DNA of 64,000 bases, from the NCBI GenBank assembly GCA_004431415.1, contig QPMI01000411.1, forward strand, positions 248,001-312,000, read 5' to 3'. The notes under the pieces are model-generated. The model made no database searches. It was not told where the DNA came from and saw only the letters and a program-made list of their open reading frames with translations. Position 1 is the stretch's first letter; every line of letters starts with the position of its first letter. Shown piece by piece: positions 11,101-23,250 of this stretch. Made by a program: the position numbers and the translations under genes. The DNA comes from Cyanophora paradoxa CCMP329. Lineage: Eukaryota; Plantae; Glaucophyta.

Positions 11101-13289
11101 CACGACCGTGTACGTGATGCCCGGCACGAGGCCCGTCACGGTTGTCGTCCCGGGCGCCGCGCCGGCGGAGACGCTGAACGCCGAGGCCTGGAGGCGCCGG
11201 TCGAGGGCGCCCGTGTCGGCGTTGGTCGGCGTGAAGAAGAGGGCGTAGGCGGAGATGGGCGAGCCGCCGTTGTACGCGGGGGCGGTCAGGGCCGTCGCCT
11301 GGTTGGTGCCGGCCGCCTGCGAGACGAAGCTGGCGGCCGAGGGGAAGGTCGGCGCCGCGAAGGTCCCCTGGGGGACGAGCGCCGGCACGACGGCCGGCGA
11401 GTTGGAGGCGGTGCCGGCGAGGCCCGTGCCCTGGCTGTTCGTTGCGGCTGCCACCGGCCGCGGTCAGCGGGCGCCGGCAGAGAAGGAAGGAAAAGGGAAG
11501 GAGGAGCGCGGGGCGGGCGCACTGACGGTGATCGTGTAGTTGACGCCGGCGAGGAGGGGCGAGAGGCTCGCGGAGAACGTGGAGGGGCCGACGTTCTGGG
11601 AGACCGTCGTGGGGCAGGCGCCGGCGTAGGCCGGCGGGCAGTTGGTCGGCGTGGCGGTGGCCGTGTAGGAGAGGATGGCGCTGCCGCCGGACGAGAGCGG
11701 GGCGGTCCAGGTGATCGTCCCCGTCGACTGCGCGTTGTTGCTGCCCGCCGAGTAGACCGGCGCCCCGAGGCTCGCCACCAGCACCGACTGCGGTGCGGTG
11801 GGCGCCACGGCTGCGCGGAGCAGACACATCAGCGCTGTGCAGCTGAAGGCCGCGGCGCAAAAGAGACGACGGGCTCACCGGCGGGGGTGAAGGAAGTCGT
11901 TGCGGCCGTGCCGTTTCCGCTGACAGAGTTGGAGGGCTGCGCCGCGGATTCAGATCGGCGTGCGGCGCGCGGGGGCCGCGGGACGGCGCGGCGCACGAGG
12001 ACGGAGACAGTGTAGGTGATGCCGGGGGTGAGGCCCGAGGCGAGGGAGAAGGGCGAGGCGGGGGTGGAGTAGGAGAGGGTGGGGACGCCCCCGCTCTGGG
12101 GCGTGAAGGTCACGTAGTAGACCGTCGGCGTGGCCTGCTGCGGCGACGAGGGCGACGACCAGCTCCACGTCACGGTGGCCCCCGGGTTGAAGCCCGGGTT
12201 GAGGGGCGCCACGGTGAGGCCCGTCGGCGCGCCCGGCGCCGGCAGCGCGTACACTTCGCGCGGCGCGTCGGCGGTGGGCGGGAGAGAAGAAAAGAGGGAA
12301 AGAAGAAAGCTCTTACGCACCGGAGTACTCGATCCTGTGCCTGAACTGGTTGGTCGGATTAATACTGCCCCAGCCTGTGGTCCGCGCCAAAGCATAGTAG
12401 TTTGCAGTGTTCTGCATCGAAATGTCCTTGCCGCTGTCAAGCTGGACGAGAAATTAGATCAGTCTCGAGCCTGGAGCAAGGGCGTAGGCAAGGGCGAACG
12501 GGGCAGCTGTGCAGTTCGAGCCTCGGGTCAACCGTGGTTCCCGAAGTCGCGAGGTTCGTGGTCCAAACAACGCAGAAGCTGCGGACGCGGTCAGATTGAA
12601 TGAGTGGAAACTAGGGCCTGATCTCAGCGCACTCTTGGTTCGGGCCGACAACGACGGGGGACCCGGTCGACGGAAGAAAAGAAGCGGTGATTTCGCTGTC
12701 ACCAACCGCGAGCGGACCCGCGGTTACGGCCGCGTTCGGGTTCGAACCAAGAAGGGTCCCAGAAGGAGCGGTGAATCCGACAGCGGCAGCGGCGGACTGC
12801 CAGGGTTGCATTGGGCGAAGTCTCTTCGACCAGGAAAGGGCGCACGGACCTGGACCTGGAACCTCAACGTCTGACCGTTCGAAGTCACGGAATATCTCTG
12901 CGTTCGCATTAGCGACCCACGGCAGCTCATCGCGTGCGGGGGCGCACCGCGGTGATCCTGTCGATGCGGATGCTGCTAACGTTCGTGTTGCGGTAGCATG
13001 CTGCAAGATCCACGTTCGGAACAGTGTAGAAAGCACTGAAAAGGCAGCTCGGCCCAAGCGTGAACGCATCGTACGTCGCGCCAGTCCGCACGATAGCCGA
13101 GGTCCCTGCGCGGGTTCCGGGGGCTTTTTCTCAGCCTTCTGACGCTAGCTATCGCCCGAAATGATCCTCTCCGAGAAAAGAAAACGCACCCTGGGCCCAT
13201 GCCACGTCGACGAAAAGCACGAGGCAGAGAGCTGCGGTTACGAGCGCCGAGGCCCGGCCCCGCGGCCTCGGCCGCTCGGGCCGCAGCAT
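8151..13289 (-). CDS. Type-I membrane protein A: signal peptide, about 7-8 fibronectin type III repeats, (SP)n linker, SEA-like module, TM, Tyr-rich tail
   Basis: N-terminus MLRPERP...ALVTAALCLVLFVDVAWAQ. FN3 signatures such as VSWAAPAWNGGSPVTNYNV...LQPGGTY and GLTPGITYTV. TM ALIAAIVVPVVVGALLLLCCLWCLCLG followed by RRRRK. Stop TGA at 8151. Confidence 0.85.
10420..10553 (-). repeat. Coding 6-bp repeat giving a (S/T-P)n extensin-like linker
   Basis: Translates as [42 protein letters not shown]. Confidence 0.9.
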
Positions 13290-13549
13290 CGAGTCGTTGC
13301 CGGGCAGTCGTAGGGCGAGGCGCTAGGACTGAGCGCTCATCGGGCCGCCGTTAGTTTTTTTCTGCGATCTCTACACGTATACCCCGCATTGCCGAGCAAT
13401 ATTCCCGGCATCGCTTACACCATCGCATCCTCGAGCGCCCGGTGCGCCCCCTCGCGTCCTCGAGCGCTCCGTGCGCCTTTCCCGCCGCCCTCGCGCGCCA
13501 TGTCTTGACCCCGAGCTGCGCCCCAGCCTTCAAGCAGGCGCAGCGAGCG

Positions 13550-14112
13550 ATGACGAACCGCAGCGCGTGGCGACGACGCCACTCAAGGTTGTCCGCGTTC
13601 AGACGGCAGCACTTCGAACATCTAAGAAACCACTCGACGCTGCCGTGGCCTCGAGGTGAGCACGCACCGCCCGTGATCTCTGTCGCGCGCTCATGCCTCG
13701 GACAGGCTTCGAGTCCTCGGGCGAACTCGACCGTGGCGCGGTTGCGGGCGTGTCGGTGGCTTGCTCCATGGTGGCTCTCATCGCAGGTGGCTCCCATGGC
13801 TCTACTGAACTCGAGCGAGCAGTCCCGTTTAACTCATCGTCTCGCAGTCCTGTTTGACTCATCGTCTCGGCGCTGACGCGGCTTCTTTCAGCTTGGCGCC
13901 GCCTTCCGTATGCTGTGGCCCGGCGCCGAGCAGCTCGTCACGCGGCCGCCCCCTTCCGCTTTCCTCGGCAGGGTCCCCCAGATCCCACCCTTCCTCACCG
14001 GATCCCCGGCAGGCACCGGCTCCCCCGCAGTCCTCCCTCCTTCCTCTCCGCCATGGTCAGGGGGGGGGCTCGGGCGCCGCGGCCTCCTTCACGCGACTCC
14101 TGCTATAGCTAG
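13550..14112 (+). CDS. Possible small single-pass membrane protein (hypothetical)
   Basis: Intron-like GTGCGC..CAG and GTGAGC..CAG segments join MTNRSAW...PWPR-GFESSGELDRGAVAGVSVACSMVALIA-AWRRL. TGTAA at 14291. No recognisable family. Confidence 0.3.
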
Positions 14113-14610
14113 GGGCCCAGGGCGCTCTCGGCCCGCAGCCGCCGGCCCTCCCACCTCCCCCGCTCAGGCATCGCGCCGCTGCAGGAAAAACGTGCTTTTT
14201 AGAGCGCGTGGACATCAAATTCTACATACACAGACGATAAGCGTACTGTCTAAAACTGCCCGATGGCCAATGTGCGGCGAATAGTAGTAGTGTAACTGTG
14301 GAACGAATTAAGCTAAAAAAGAGCTATACCTCAAAACGGGCGACCAAACAAAACTTGCCTGCAGTTATGCGCCTAGTACATACTGAAAACTCCATTCCCG
14401 GAAGACTGAAGCCCCGAAACGCACCCACCATTATCAGGCCGGGGAGGCTGGCCCACACACATCAGAAATCTCAAGAAAGGGCATGAAAACTGGAGAAGGC
14501 ATGGAAACTGACGCAAACCCGATCCCTAGAAGCGAGCTAACTGCAAGCTGAAGGTACCTACCTAAGAGCTGTACGGGACTGAACTTGGCGGGTCTGAACT
14601 AAGGGGGATC

Positions 14611-16799
14611 TCACGCAGCGGACGCCTGGAGGCCTACCCCGGGCCGGTCGAAGGGGTTGTGGCCGAGAAAGGGCTGGAGAAAGGGCTGGGGGAAGGGAAA
14701 CGGCTGCTGGCTCTGGCTCGGGGCCGGCTGCGGCTGCGGCTGCTGCTGCTGCTGCTGGGCGGGGAAGGAGGGGAGGGGCATGCCAGGTTGCCACCAGGGC
14801 TGCGGCGCCGGCGCCGGCGCGGCGGGGGCGGCGGCCGGGGAGGGGGCGGGCGAGACGTCGATGGCGGGGCCGAAGGGCGTGTCGAAGGGGTTCTCGGGAG
14901 GGGCGGGAATTCGGGGAGGGAGGGCGCCGGGGCCGGGCCGGGGCGGCGGGGCGGGAAGGCGCCGAGGGAGCGGGGGCGGGGGCCGGGGCGCCGGCGGGCG
15001 GAGAAGGCGGCGAGCAGCTCCGACGAGAGCCGGTCGCTCGTCGTCGAGCGCGGGAGCGCCGGGGCGCACGGGGCCGGCGGCACGGGGGCGCCGGCCGGGG
15101 CGGCGGCGGGGGCGGGGCGCGGAGGGCGGGAGGCCGAGGCACGTCGCGGAGCGGGGCAGGGTCGCCCGGGCCGTCGAGGGCGCCGAGGCGGGGCCCCTGC
15201 GCCCCGCCTCGAGCTCGCCCCCCCGCTCCCCCTTCGCCTCCCGCGCCGACGATGGCTGCTGCGCGGGCTGCGCCGGCGGGGCGAGCGCCGCCGCCGAGAC
15301 GGGCCGCTTGGGGGTTGCCCCTGCGCAGCTCGGATCAGCCGGGCGCCTCCCAGACACACGTGAGGGGGCGCACGGGCGAAGGCGCGGAGGTCGTCGAGGA
15401 TGGCGGCGTCGCGGTCGCGCCCGTTGGCGATCTCGCGCACGTGCGCGGGGAGGGCCCCCAGGGGGTTGCCCCCGAAGAAGACCCGCCCCGGCGCCAGCTT
15501 CCCGCACCGCCCGAGCTCCACCGGCACCGCCTCCTGCGCGCGCGCGGTGAGCGTGGGGCTGAGGCGAGCGAGCCGGGGCGGGCGCACGAGCTTGTTGGCG
15601 TCGAGGGCGAGCCACTCGAGGCGGGCGAGGAGGCCGATCTCGTCGGGCAGGGCCTCCAGCTCGTTGTGCGAAAGCCACAGGTCCTGCAGGTTCACGAGCT
15701 TCGCCAGCTGGGCCCCGGGGATGCCCCGCAGCCGGTTCTTCCTCAGGTCCAGCTGCACGATGCTGCCGGCCCCCACGCGCTCGATCTCCGCCGAGGGCCA
15801 CTCGGTCAGGTCGAGCCCGTGGAGGTCCAGGCGCCCGTGCTTGGCGACCCAGCCGGCGCCCGCCTGCACGCGCCCGCCCCGTCAGCGGCGGCGGCGGCGG
15901 CGGAGCTCGAGCTGCGCGCGGCAACCGCGGCGCACCGAGTTCTTCACCAACGTGGGGGCTGCGAAGCGCGACCCAGCGCGGCGGTCAGGGCGCGAAGGCG
16001 CGGGGCGGGGCGGGGCGGGGCGCGGGCGGGCGGACAGGCTTCGGCGGTGGCGCGGACGTGGGCGAGGATCGCCTGCTCGGCCGCCCACTTGGAGGTGCCG
16101 CTGATGTTGTCGGGGAGGTTGACGAGGGCGGGCGGGAGGCTCGTGAGCGGGTTGGGGAGGCAGCTGAAGGAGAAGCCCTCCGCGTTGAGCTTCGGGAGCT
16201 TGCTGAGCTCCAGCGGGATGTCGTGCAGGTGGTTGTTGCCGACGAAGAGCGACTCGAGGTTGAACAGGTCGCCGAGCTCCCGGGGCAGCACCGCCAGCTG
16301 GTTCCCGACGCTGGCCCCGCGCGTCACGCCCGTGGCGCGGCGAGCGCGGCGCGCGGCGAGGACGGACCACCGCAGCTCGGTGAGGCTTGCGCAGCACCCG
16401 ATGGAGGGCGGCAGGACCTTGAGAGCGTTGTTGGAGACATCTAACTTACGCAGATTCGCAAGATGACCCAGCTCCGGCGGGAGGCTCGTGAGTCTGTTGT
16501 TTCTGGTGTGCAAAAGGTGCATGAGATATAAGATCTAAACGTCCACGGGGCGAGATCGCCAAGTCGGTAGCGCACCTCAGGTCAAGAACCTGAAGGTTTA
16601 CGAGCTTGATCAGGTCGTGGCCTTCAACACTGGAGATCTTCTGTCCATCCAAAATGAGCTCCCGTATGTTGGCCGGACCCACTTTGTCGATCTCGGCGTT
16701 GGGCCACTTCTTCAGTGCACCGGAGCCGAAGAGTCCTTTTTCACCGGAGTGCGACAGATCTAATACGCCTTCCACGACGTTCCATCGTCCCTTCCCCAT
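14611..16799 (-). CDS. Leucine-rich repeat protein with two tandem LRR modules and a Pro/Gln-rich tail containing two NPFD motifs
   Basis: LxxLxLxxNxL repeats ([53 protein letters not shown]). Both modules open with a similar cap (W-x4-5-LDL...WPxAEIxxVG). NPF at 14884-14892 and 14650-14658. Confidence 0.88.
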
Positions 16800-17142
16800 C
16801 TGAGACAGCGCCGTCGGCAGACCGCGAAGCGAACGCCGAATCTCTTCGCTAACTGCCAGCGATGATTCGCCTCTAGCTCACTTGGCGGCAGCCTCCCGCA
16901 CTTGCTGGGCGCTTGCTTGTTCTTGTTGGCGCTACTGGGCGCTCGATCGAGCTGCTGCTGTCCGCGCACACCTCACGCTTCCACGCTCTCGTCGGCTGTA
17001 CCCCCTGTCTATGCGCCCCCCCTGTTTTGAAGTGTGTGAAGTCGAGCTCGCGCCCTGCAGCAGCAGCCAGTGCGGAATTCGAAGATTGAGAGCATTTAGA
17101 GCCTCCTTGCAGTCCGCGGCGATCGAGTGGCTTTAGGTGAAC

Positions 17143-20100
17143 ATGCCTCCGCCGGCGCCAGCGGCAGTTGAAGCTGCAGCTGCAGCGCCAGCCCCACAGC
17201 CGAACACGCCGTGCAGTGTGAAGCTGGAGCCCATGGCGCGTATGGCCCCTCACGAGCACCAGATAGCGGCGGCGGTCAAGCACGAGGTCAAGCAGGAAGC
17301 AGCGCTGCTTGCGGCGCCAGAGGCGACGCCCGCGACGGATCGATGCCATCGTGGATCGACCCCCGCTACGGATCGGCAGGGGCGCGTCCTGGACCTCACT
17401 TCGCCTTCCGCGGCTGCGGCCGGCCTGGAGGTCGCGAAGGTCAAGCGCGACTTGTCCGCCCTCAAGAAGGAGAAGCAGGAAGTGGAAGATAGCGACGACG
17501 ACGATCTCCTCAAACCGGATGCGAACCCGTTCGCAAAGAGGGCGAAGCCAGAGGTGGCCTGGGCCCTGCGGGAGCTCGCCCCCGGCGTCGGGGTCCACCC
17601 CGACCTCGCCAAGAGCCTCAAGCCGCATCAGCTCGAGGGCGCACGCTTCCTCTGGCGCGCTTGCGTCACGCAGGCCCGCCCCGCCCCTCCCCGGCACTCG
17701 ACCCCAGCCTGACGCGGTCGTACCCAGGCGGACGAGCTTCAGGCGGAGGTCGAGGCGGAGTACCAGAAACGCCTTCAGCGGGCCGCCTACCGGCCGAATT
17801 GGAAACCAAAGAAGCGCGGTCCGCCCGCCCTCCGCTTGCGTACCCGTCCGCGGCCTCATGGCGAGCAGCTGCGATCTGCGGGGGCATCTTGGCGCACTGC
17901 ATGGGCCTGGGCAAGACCCTCACGGTCCGCCGTACCCCCCTTTCCTCCGCCCCCGCCCCGCCGCGTCTCGCCCGGCGCCGAGCGGCCGCCCTGCAGACGA
18001 TCGCGTTCCTCCACACGCGGTTCATGGCTGAGAAAGAGGCCGGGCGCCCTCTGCCCTGCTTCCTCCTCGTGGTCCGCGCGCCCTCTCCGCCCCGAGATTC
18101 AGCAGTGCCCCCTGCAATCCCCTCGTACCCCCCGGCGGGCAGGTGCCGGTGAACACGCTGCAGAACTGGGCGGCGGAGCTGGAGCGGTGGATCCCGGCGT
18201 CGGCGCGGGTCATGCTGGTGCACGAGGTGCCGCAGGGGCCGGGGGTCGCCCTGGAGGACGTCGCGGACAGACTCGAGACTTGGCGGCGCCTGGGGGGCGC
18301 CCTCCTTGTCGGCTACGAGCGCCTCCGCGGCCTCATCCTCACCGAGGAGCACCGCAATCTAGGCGCGCCGATTCCGATATCCCGTACCCCCCGACCCGCG
18401 CGGCCGTTAATGAGGGTACGGCGGCAGTGAAGGAGACGGGGCGGGCGCAGTGCCGGGGGGCGCAGCGGGCGAACGACGAGGCCGTGCTGAAGGAGATGCG
18501 GAAGCGGGCGGAGCGGCTCGGCATCCACTTCTCCGAGGACGACGACGAGCTCCGCGGCCAAGTCCTCCGCGTGCGTACCCCCCGCCCGCTTTTTCGCGCA
18601 GCTGCCCCTCCAATCGCCTCGCCCCGCCCCGCCCCGCCCCGCAGAGCATGAAGGAGCGCTTCAAGCCGAAGGCGAACCGCAAGTTTAACGCGGCGCGCGC
18701 CCAGATCGCCCAGGACAGGCTCGACCGCCCCGGCCAGGCCCGCCCCCGCCCCGCCCCGCCCCTCCCTCCTCCCCCTCGCCGGCCGGGGTGCGACGGCGTG
18801 GGGCAGGAGACGGCGCGGCGGGTGCGGGACGCGCTGTGCCGGGCGGAGGGCCAGCGGTGCCCGCTGGACGTGGTGGTGCTGGACGAGGGCCACCGGTTGA
18901 AGGTCAGACATCCAGCTCGCCAGGATAGCTCGCCATGATCATGACCAGCGCCGCGGCGGACCCGAAGGCCGCGGAAACGCAGCTCGCCGTCGCCGTCGGC
19001 CTCGTCGAGGCCCGCCGCCGCGTCCGCCCCTCCCCGCACCCTCCCCGCCCCCTTCGCTCCGCTGAGGGCGAGGGCGGCGGCCCAGGCCGTGCTCACGGGG
19101 TACCCCCTGCAAAACAACCTCTGGGAGTACTACCACATGCTCAACTTCGTGAGGCCGGGGGCACTCGGTACCCCCCTCCCCTCCCCATCCCCGCGCGAAC
19201 GCGGCGCGGGCCGCTTAGTGGGGGGCGGGAACCCTCAGGGCCCGTGGAGTCCTTCTTTGACTCCTTCGTGTGGCCCATCGACCAGGGGACGTGCGCTCGC
19301 CCTCGCCCACGCGCCCCAGCGCCCCAGCGCCCTCTGAACCGAACGCGGGGCGGGGCGCAGGTGGAAGGACAGCAGCGAGGAGGAGGTCAAGCGCATGTAC
19401 GAGCGCCTCTTCGTCCTCCACGAGGCGAGTGGGGCCCCGCCCCTCCCCGCCCCGCCCCTCGCTTCCCGTCCCCGCTGCGCTCGCCGAACGCGCCCCCGCA
19501 GCAAGTTGCGCCCTTCATGGACCGGAAGGACGCCCGCGTGCTCACCGAGACCCTCTCCTCCCACAACCGCTCCCGCGCCGTGCGCCCCGCCGGCCATGCG
19601 AATGCCGCCTCGTTCCGACCCTGCCCGCCCGCCCGCCCGCCCGCCCGCAGAAGCACGAGTTCATCGTGCAAGTCCGGATGAGCCCCGAGGGGGTGCGCCC
19701 CCGTTCACCTCTTCCGCTGTTCGCGCGCCGACGCTTCGCGGTCTCGCCGCGCGCAGGAGAGGCTGTACGAGAGGTTGATCGCGGCGGTGAAGGCCGGGCG
19801 CCTCCTCCTCCCCAAGAAGGGCAAGGGCGAGGAGCAGGAGCAGGGGCGGGAGCAGCGGGAGGGGGAGGCGGAGGGGGGCCCCGAGGCGGAGAGGACGCGC
19901 CCGAACGTGCTCGTCACCCGCAGCGTCGCCATGAAGGCGAGCGGGCGAGGGGGGGCCCTGAGCGGGCTGAGCGGGCCCGCCCCGCTCGCCCCGCACTGAC
20001 GCCCCCCGGGCACCCCGCAGATCTTCAACAGCCCGGAGGTCCTCCGCCGCTTCCTCGCGAAGCTGCAGGAGGACAAGGCGCGCCCGCGCCCCGCCCGCCC

Positions 20101-22014
20101 CCGCACCCCCCGCCGGATCACTCACCCGTGCCCCCTCCCTCTCCCTCTTCAGGCCGCCGGCCTCGTCGTAGACGAGAACATAGAGGACGACGTGCGCGGT
20201 CGCTCGCTCGCGTACCCCTGCGCCCCGCCGACCGGCCCGCCGGCCCACACACACCCGCGCGCGCGCAGGAGTCGGCGGAGGGCGACGGGCCCGCCAAGCG
20301 CGTCGTCCGCGTGCGCCACTATATCTGTACCCCCCTGGCCTCCATTCCCCCTTCACGGCCCGTCAGGTGGACTACGGGGCCTTCGTGGAGGCCTCGTTCG
20401 CCTCGCGGGCGCCGTTCGGCCTCGCAGACGCGCCGAAGCTCGCCGCCGCCATGGAGATCGCCCGCCTCGCCGCCGAGCGCCGCGACAAGGCCCGCCCCCT
20501 CCTCCTCCTCCTTCGCTTCATTTCCTCCGTCCCTCGACGGGGCCTGCGGGTGCAGGTGCTGCTCTTCAGCGGCTGCAAGACGACGCTGAGGCTGGCGGAG
20601 GAGTTCGCCGTGTCCCACCTGGGGTACAAGCGCGGGGAGCAGGTCTTCTACATGGACGGCAGCACGCCCGCGGGGGAGCGCCAGAAGGCCGTCACGGACT
20701 TCAACAAGAGGCCGGGCGCGCGCCTCTTCGTCATCTCCACCGTCGCCGGCGGCATCGGCATCAACCTCGTCGCCGGTACCCCCGCGCCCATCCGTCCTCT
20801 CCCCCCCTACACCCCGCTCAGCGCGACGATCCGGTACCCCCCGCAGCAAACCGCGTGATTATCATGGACGCTTGCTGGAACCCCTGCCACGGTCTACCGC
20901 TTGCTTGCATCATGGACACTGCTGGAACCGCCCCGCTCTGAACCCGCGCGCCCGCAGACACACAGGCGCTTTTTCGCGCCTACCGTTACGGTAACCCCCC
21001 CCCCCCCCCCTCTCTCCCCGGACCCCGTCTCGCCCCGGGGTCTGCCCCCAAATCCCGCCTGCCCCGCTAAGGCTGGGCGGGGTACAGGCCAGTTTAAGGA
21101 TGTGTTCGTGTACCGGTTCGTCGCTGCCGGTACCCTCGAGGCTCGCGTCTACACCCAGCAGGCGCGCGCGTACCGCCGTACCCCCACGCGATTCGTGGTA
21201 GCCCCTCACATTTGATCCAGGTGGTGAAGCAGTCGCTGTTCCGCCGGACAGTCGACGTGCAGACCGTCTCCCGCCACATCGCCCGCCAAGACGTAGGAGA
21301 CTACCTGGCGGTACCCCCCGCCGGCTCGTTCCCCCGCGCTTTCGCCCCCGCTGAGACGGCCCCAGGTGCCCCTCGAGTGGCGGTACCCCTCCGGCTACGC
21401 CGATGTCGTGGTGAAGGACCCCGTGCTTCAGGTGCCCCTCTCCCAGCCAACATCGGGTCGTACCCCTTTCCTTACGGGGTACAGGCGGTCGTGGACACGT
21501 TCGCGGGCCCGAAGAAGAGCGGGGAGGGGGCGGAAGGGGGCCTCGGGGAGGAGGAGGAGGACGAGGAGGCGCCGAGTTTGGTGGAGCAGCTGGCGGGCCG
21601 GCCGCGGCGGCTAAGGCGGGGCGCGGGCGGGGCTGGGGAGCAGCGGCGGGCGCCGGAGGGGATGCTCCTCACGATGGTGCACGAGCACGAGTCGCTGCTG
21701 GCAGACGACGACCCGGGCGGCAGGTGCGCCCCAGGCCAGGCGCGAGCCCCCTCCGGAGATGACGTCGCTGAGGCGGCGGCGGCGGCGGGCGGCGGCGCAG
21801 GCTCTCGGAGCAGGACCGGGAGGCGGCGCGGGAGGAGGCGCGGGAGGCGCGCAGGCGGCGCCGGGCCGTCGTTGACAGCGAGGACGAGGGCGCGGGCGAG
21901 GGCGGCGGCGAGGGCGAGGAGGGCGTGGACGGGGCGGCGCCCGCCTCGAGCTCCGGCGGGCCCCCGCCCCACTTCTCCACGTCCGTGCCCCCGTTCGAAT
22001 TCTGGCAAAAGTGA
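17143..22014 (+). CDS. SNF2-family chromatin-remodelling ATPase, ATRX/ARIP4 (RAD54L2) subfamily, more than 20 introns
   Basis: [107 protein letters not shown]. Stop TGA at 22012-22014. The start may lie slightly upstream (about 17010). Confidence 0.93.
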
Positions 22015-23250
22015 CGAACTACCGTACGCGAGTACGTATAAGTACGATTGGCGCGCCGGCCCCGCGCGCGCGCCGAAGGGCCGGCGCGGCAGCGCCGCGG
22101 GCCGCACATGTCCGCGGCCGCGGCTGCAAGCTGGGGCTGCATGCGCTGTCCCGTGCCGGCGGGCTCGTGCGCGTCCGGAACCCGCCGCGATGGAGAATCG
22201 ATCTAGAGTCCGTGCAGCCTAGGCCTGCATCTGGCGCCGGTGCCAGCAGCCCGAGCGCGCATGCGCGATCTAGATCTGCGGGCTACAAATCCGGTTTCAA
22301 CCACTGAGTCGCCGTATAATACGTAACTGTCGCGCAACTGTCGCGTAACTGCCGCATTGTCCTTCCAGGTGGGTACAGGATCGCGCCGGCGCCGCGGCGG
22401 AAGATGGAACTCTAGGGCAAAGGCTGGGGCCAACTGGACCCAGGGCGAGCTCAAGTCGTTCATCAAAGCTGCAGTCGCAATCGTAGGTCGTCCGCGGAAT
22501 CGCCACGCCGCGCCTCGGTGACGCGAATCACGGCTCGCAGCTGTAGCTCGCAGCCTTTCAGATCGAAGTATTCCTATTCGGAAATTGACGCCGATAGCTG
22601 CTGAGCTTGCGCTGCATCGCCCATCCCATCGACCGTACACGCGTGGCGCATGCGCAGCACTCCAGCATGCACGATGGTCGAATCGTTGTCGTTCGTGGCT
22701 CAGTGATGCATGATCCCGATCAAGCATTCATCTGCCTCCTCGAGAGAAGCGCGCAACCGGCGATGCCGACGTGCTTATCATGATTAGCTGCAGGTTGCAA
22801 TTTGCGCATGCCTCCGTCAGCAAGCAGAGCAACCGGCAGCATAGCCTGTTTCATGATCGATATCAGAGCCTGCAGCTGATACAAGGGGCTTCCGCTTGAG
22901 TGTGGACTCGCAAGCGCTGCAGCTGGCGGCGCGGCACTGTACATGTGGCCCGGAGCCTGCTACCGCGCGCATGGGCGTGGCCGTGACCGCGCGTGTGGCT
23001 TTTGAGAGCAGCCTTCTCAAAGCATCAATAGCCGGCGAGCCGCGTCTGGCCCAGTCACTGAGTCATTTATGCACATGCACGTGTGGCCGCAAGCTGCGCG
23101 CTACGCATGTGCAAGGTCAGTGTCTGGCCCCCTACGCCTCTTTAACAAATCCGTACGCGTGTGACCTGCGAACTCGAAGCTAAACACAAGACCGCAGGTG
23201 CTGACTGCGACCACGAGTACGACCTCCTGCATCGGTGCACGTGGAAACTC

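Noticed and set aside
18903-18967. Apparent non-AG acceptor after DEGHRLK
   Set aside because: An in-frame AAG acceptor at 18965-18967 gives HRLK-AAETQL, so the intron is canonical.
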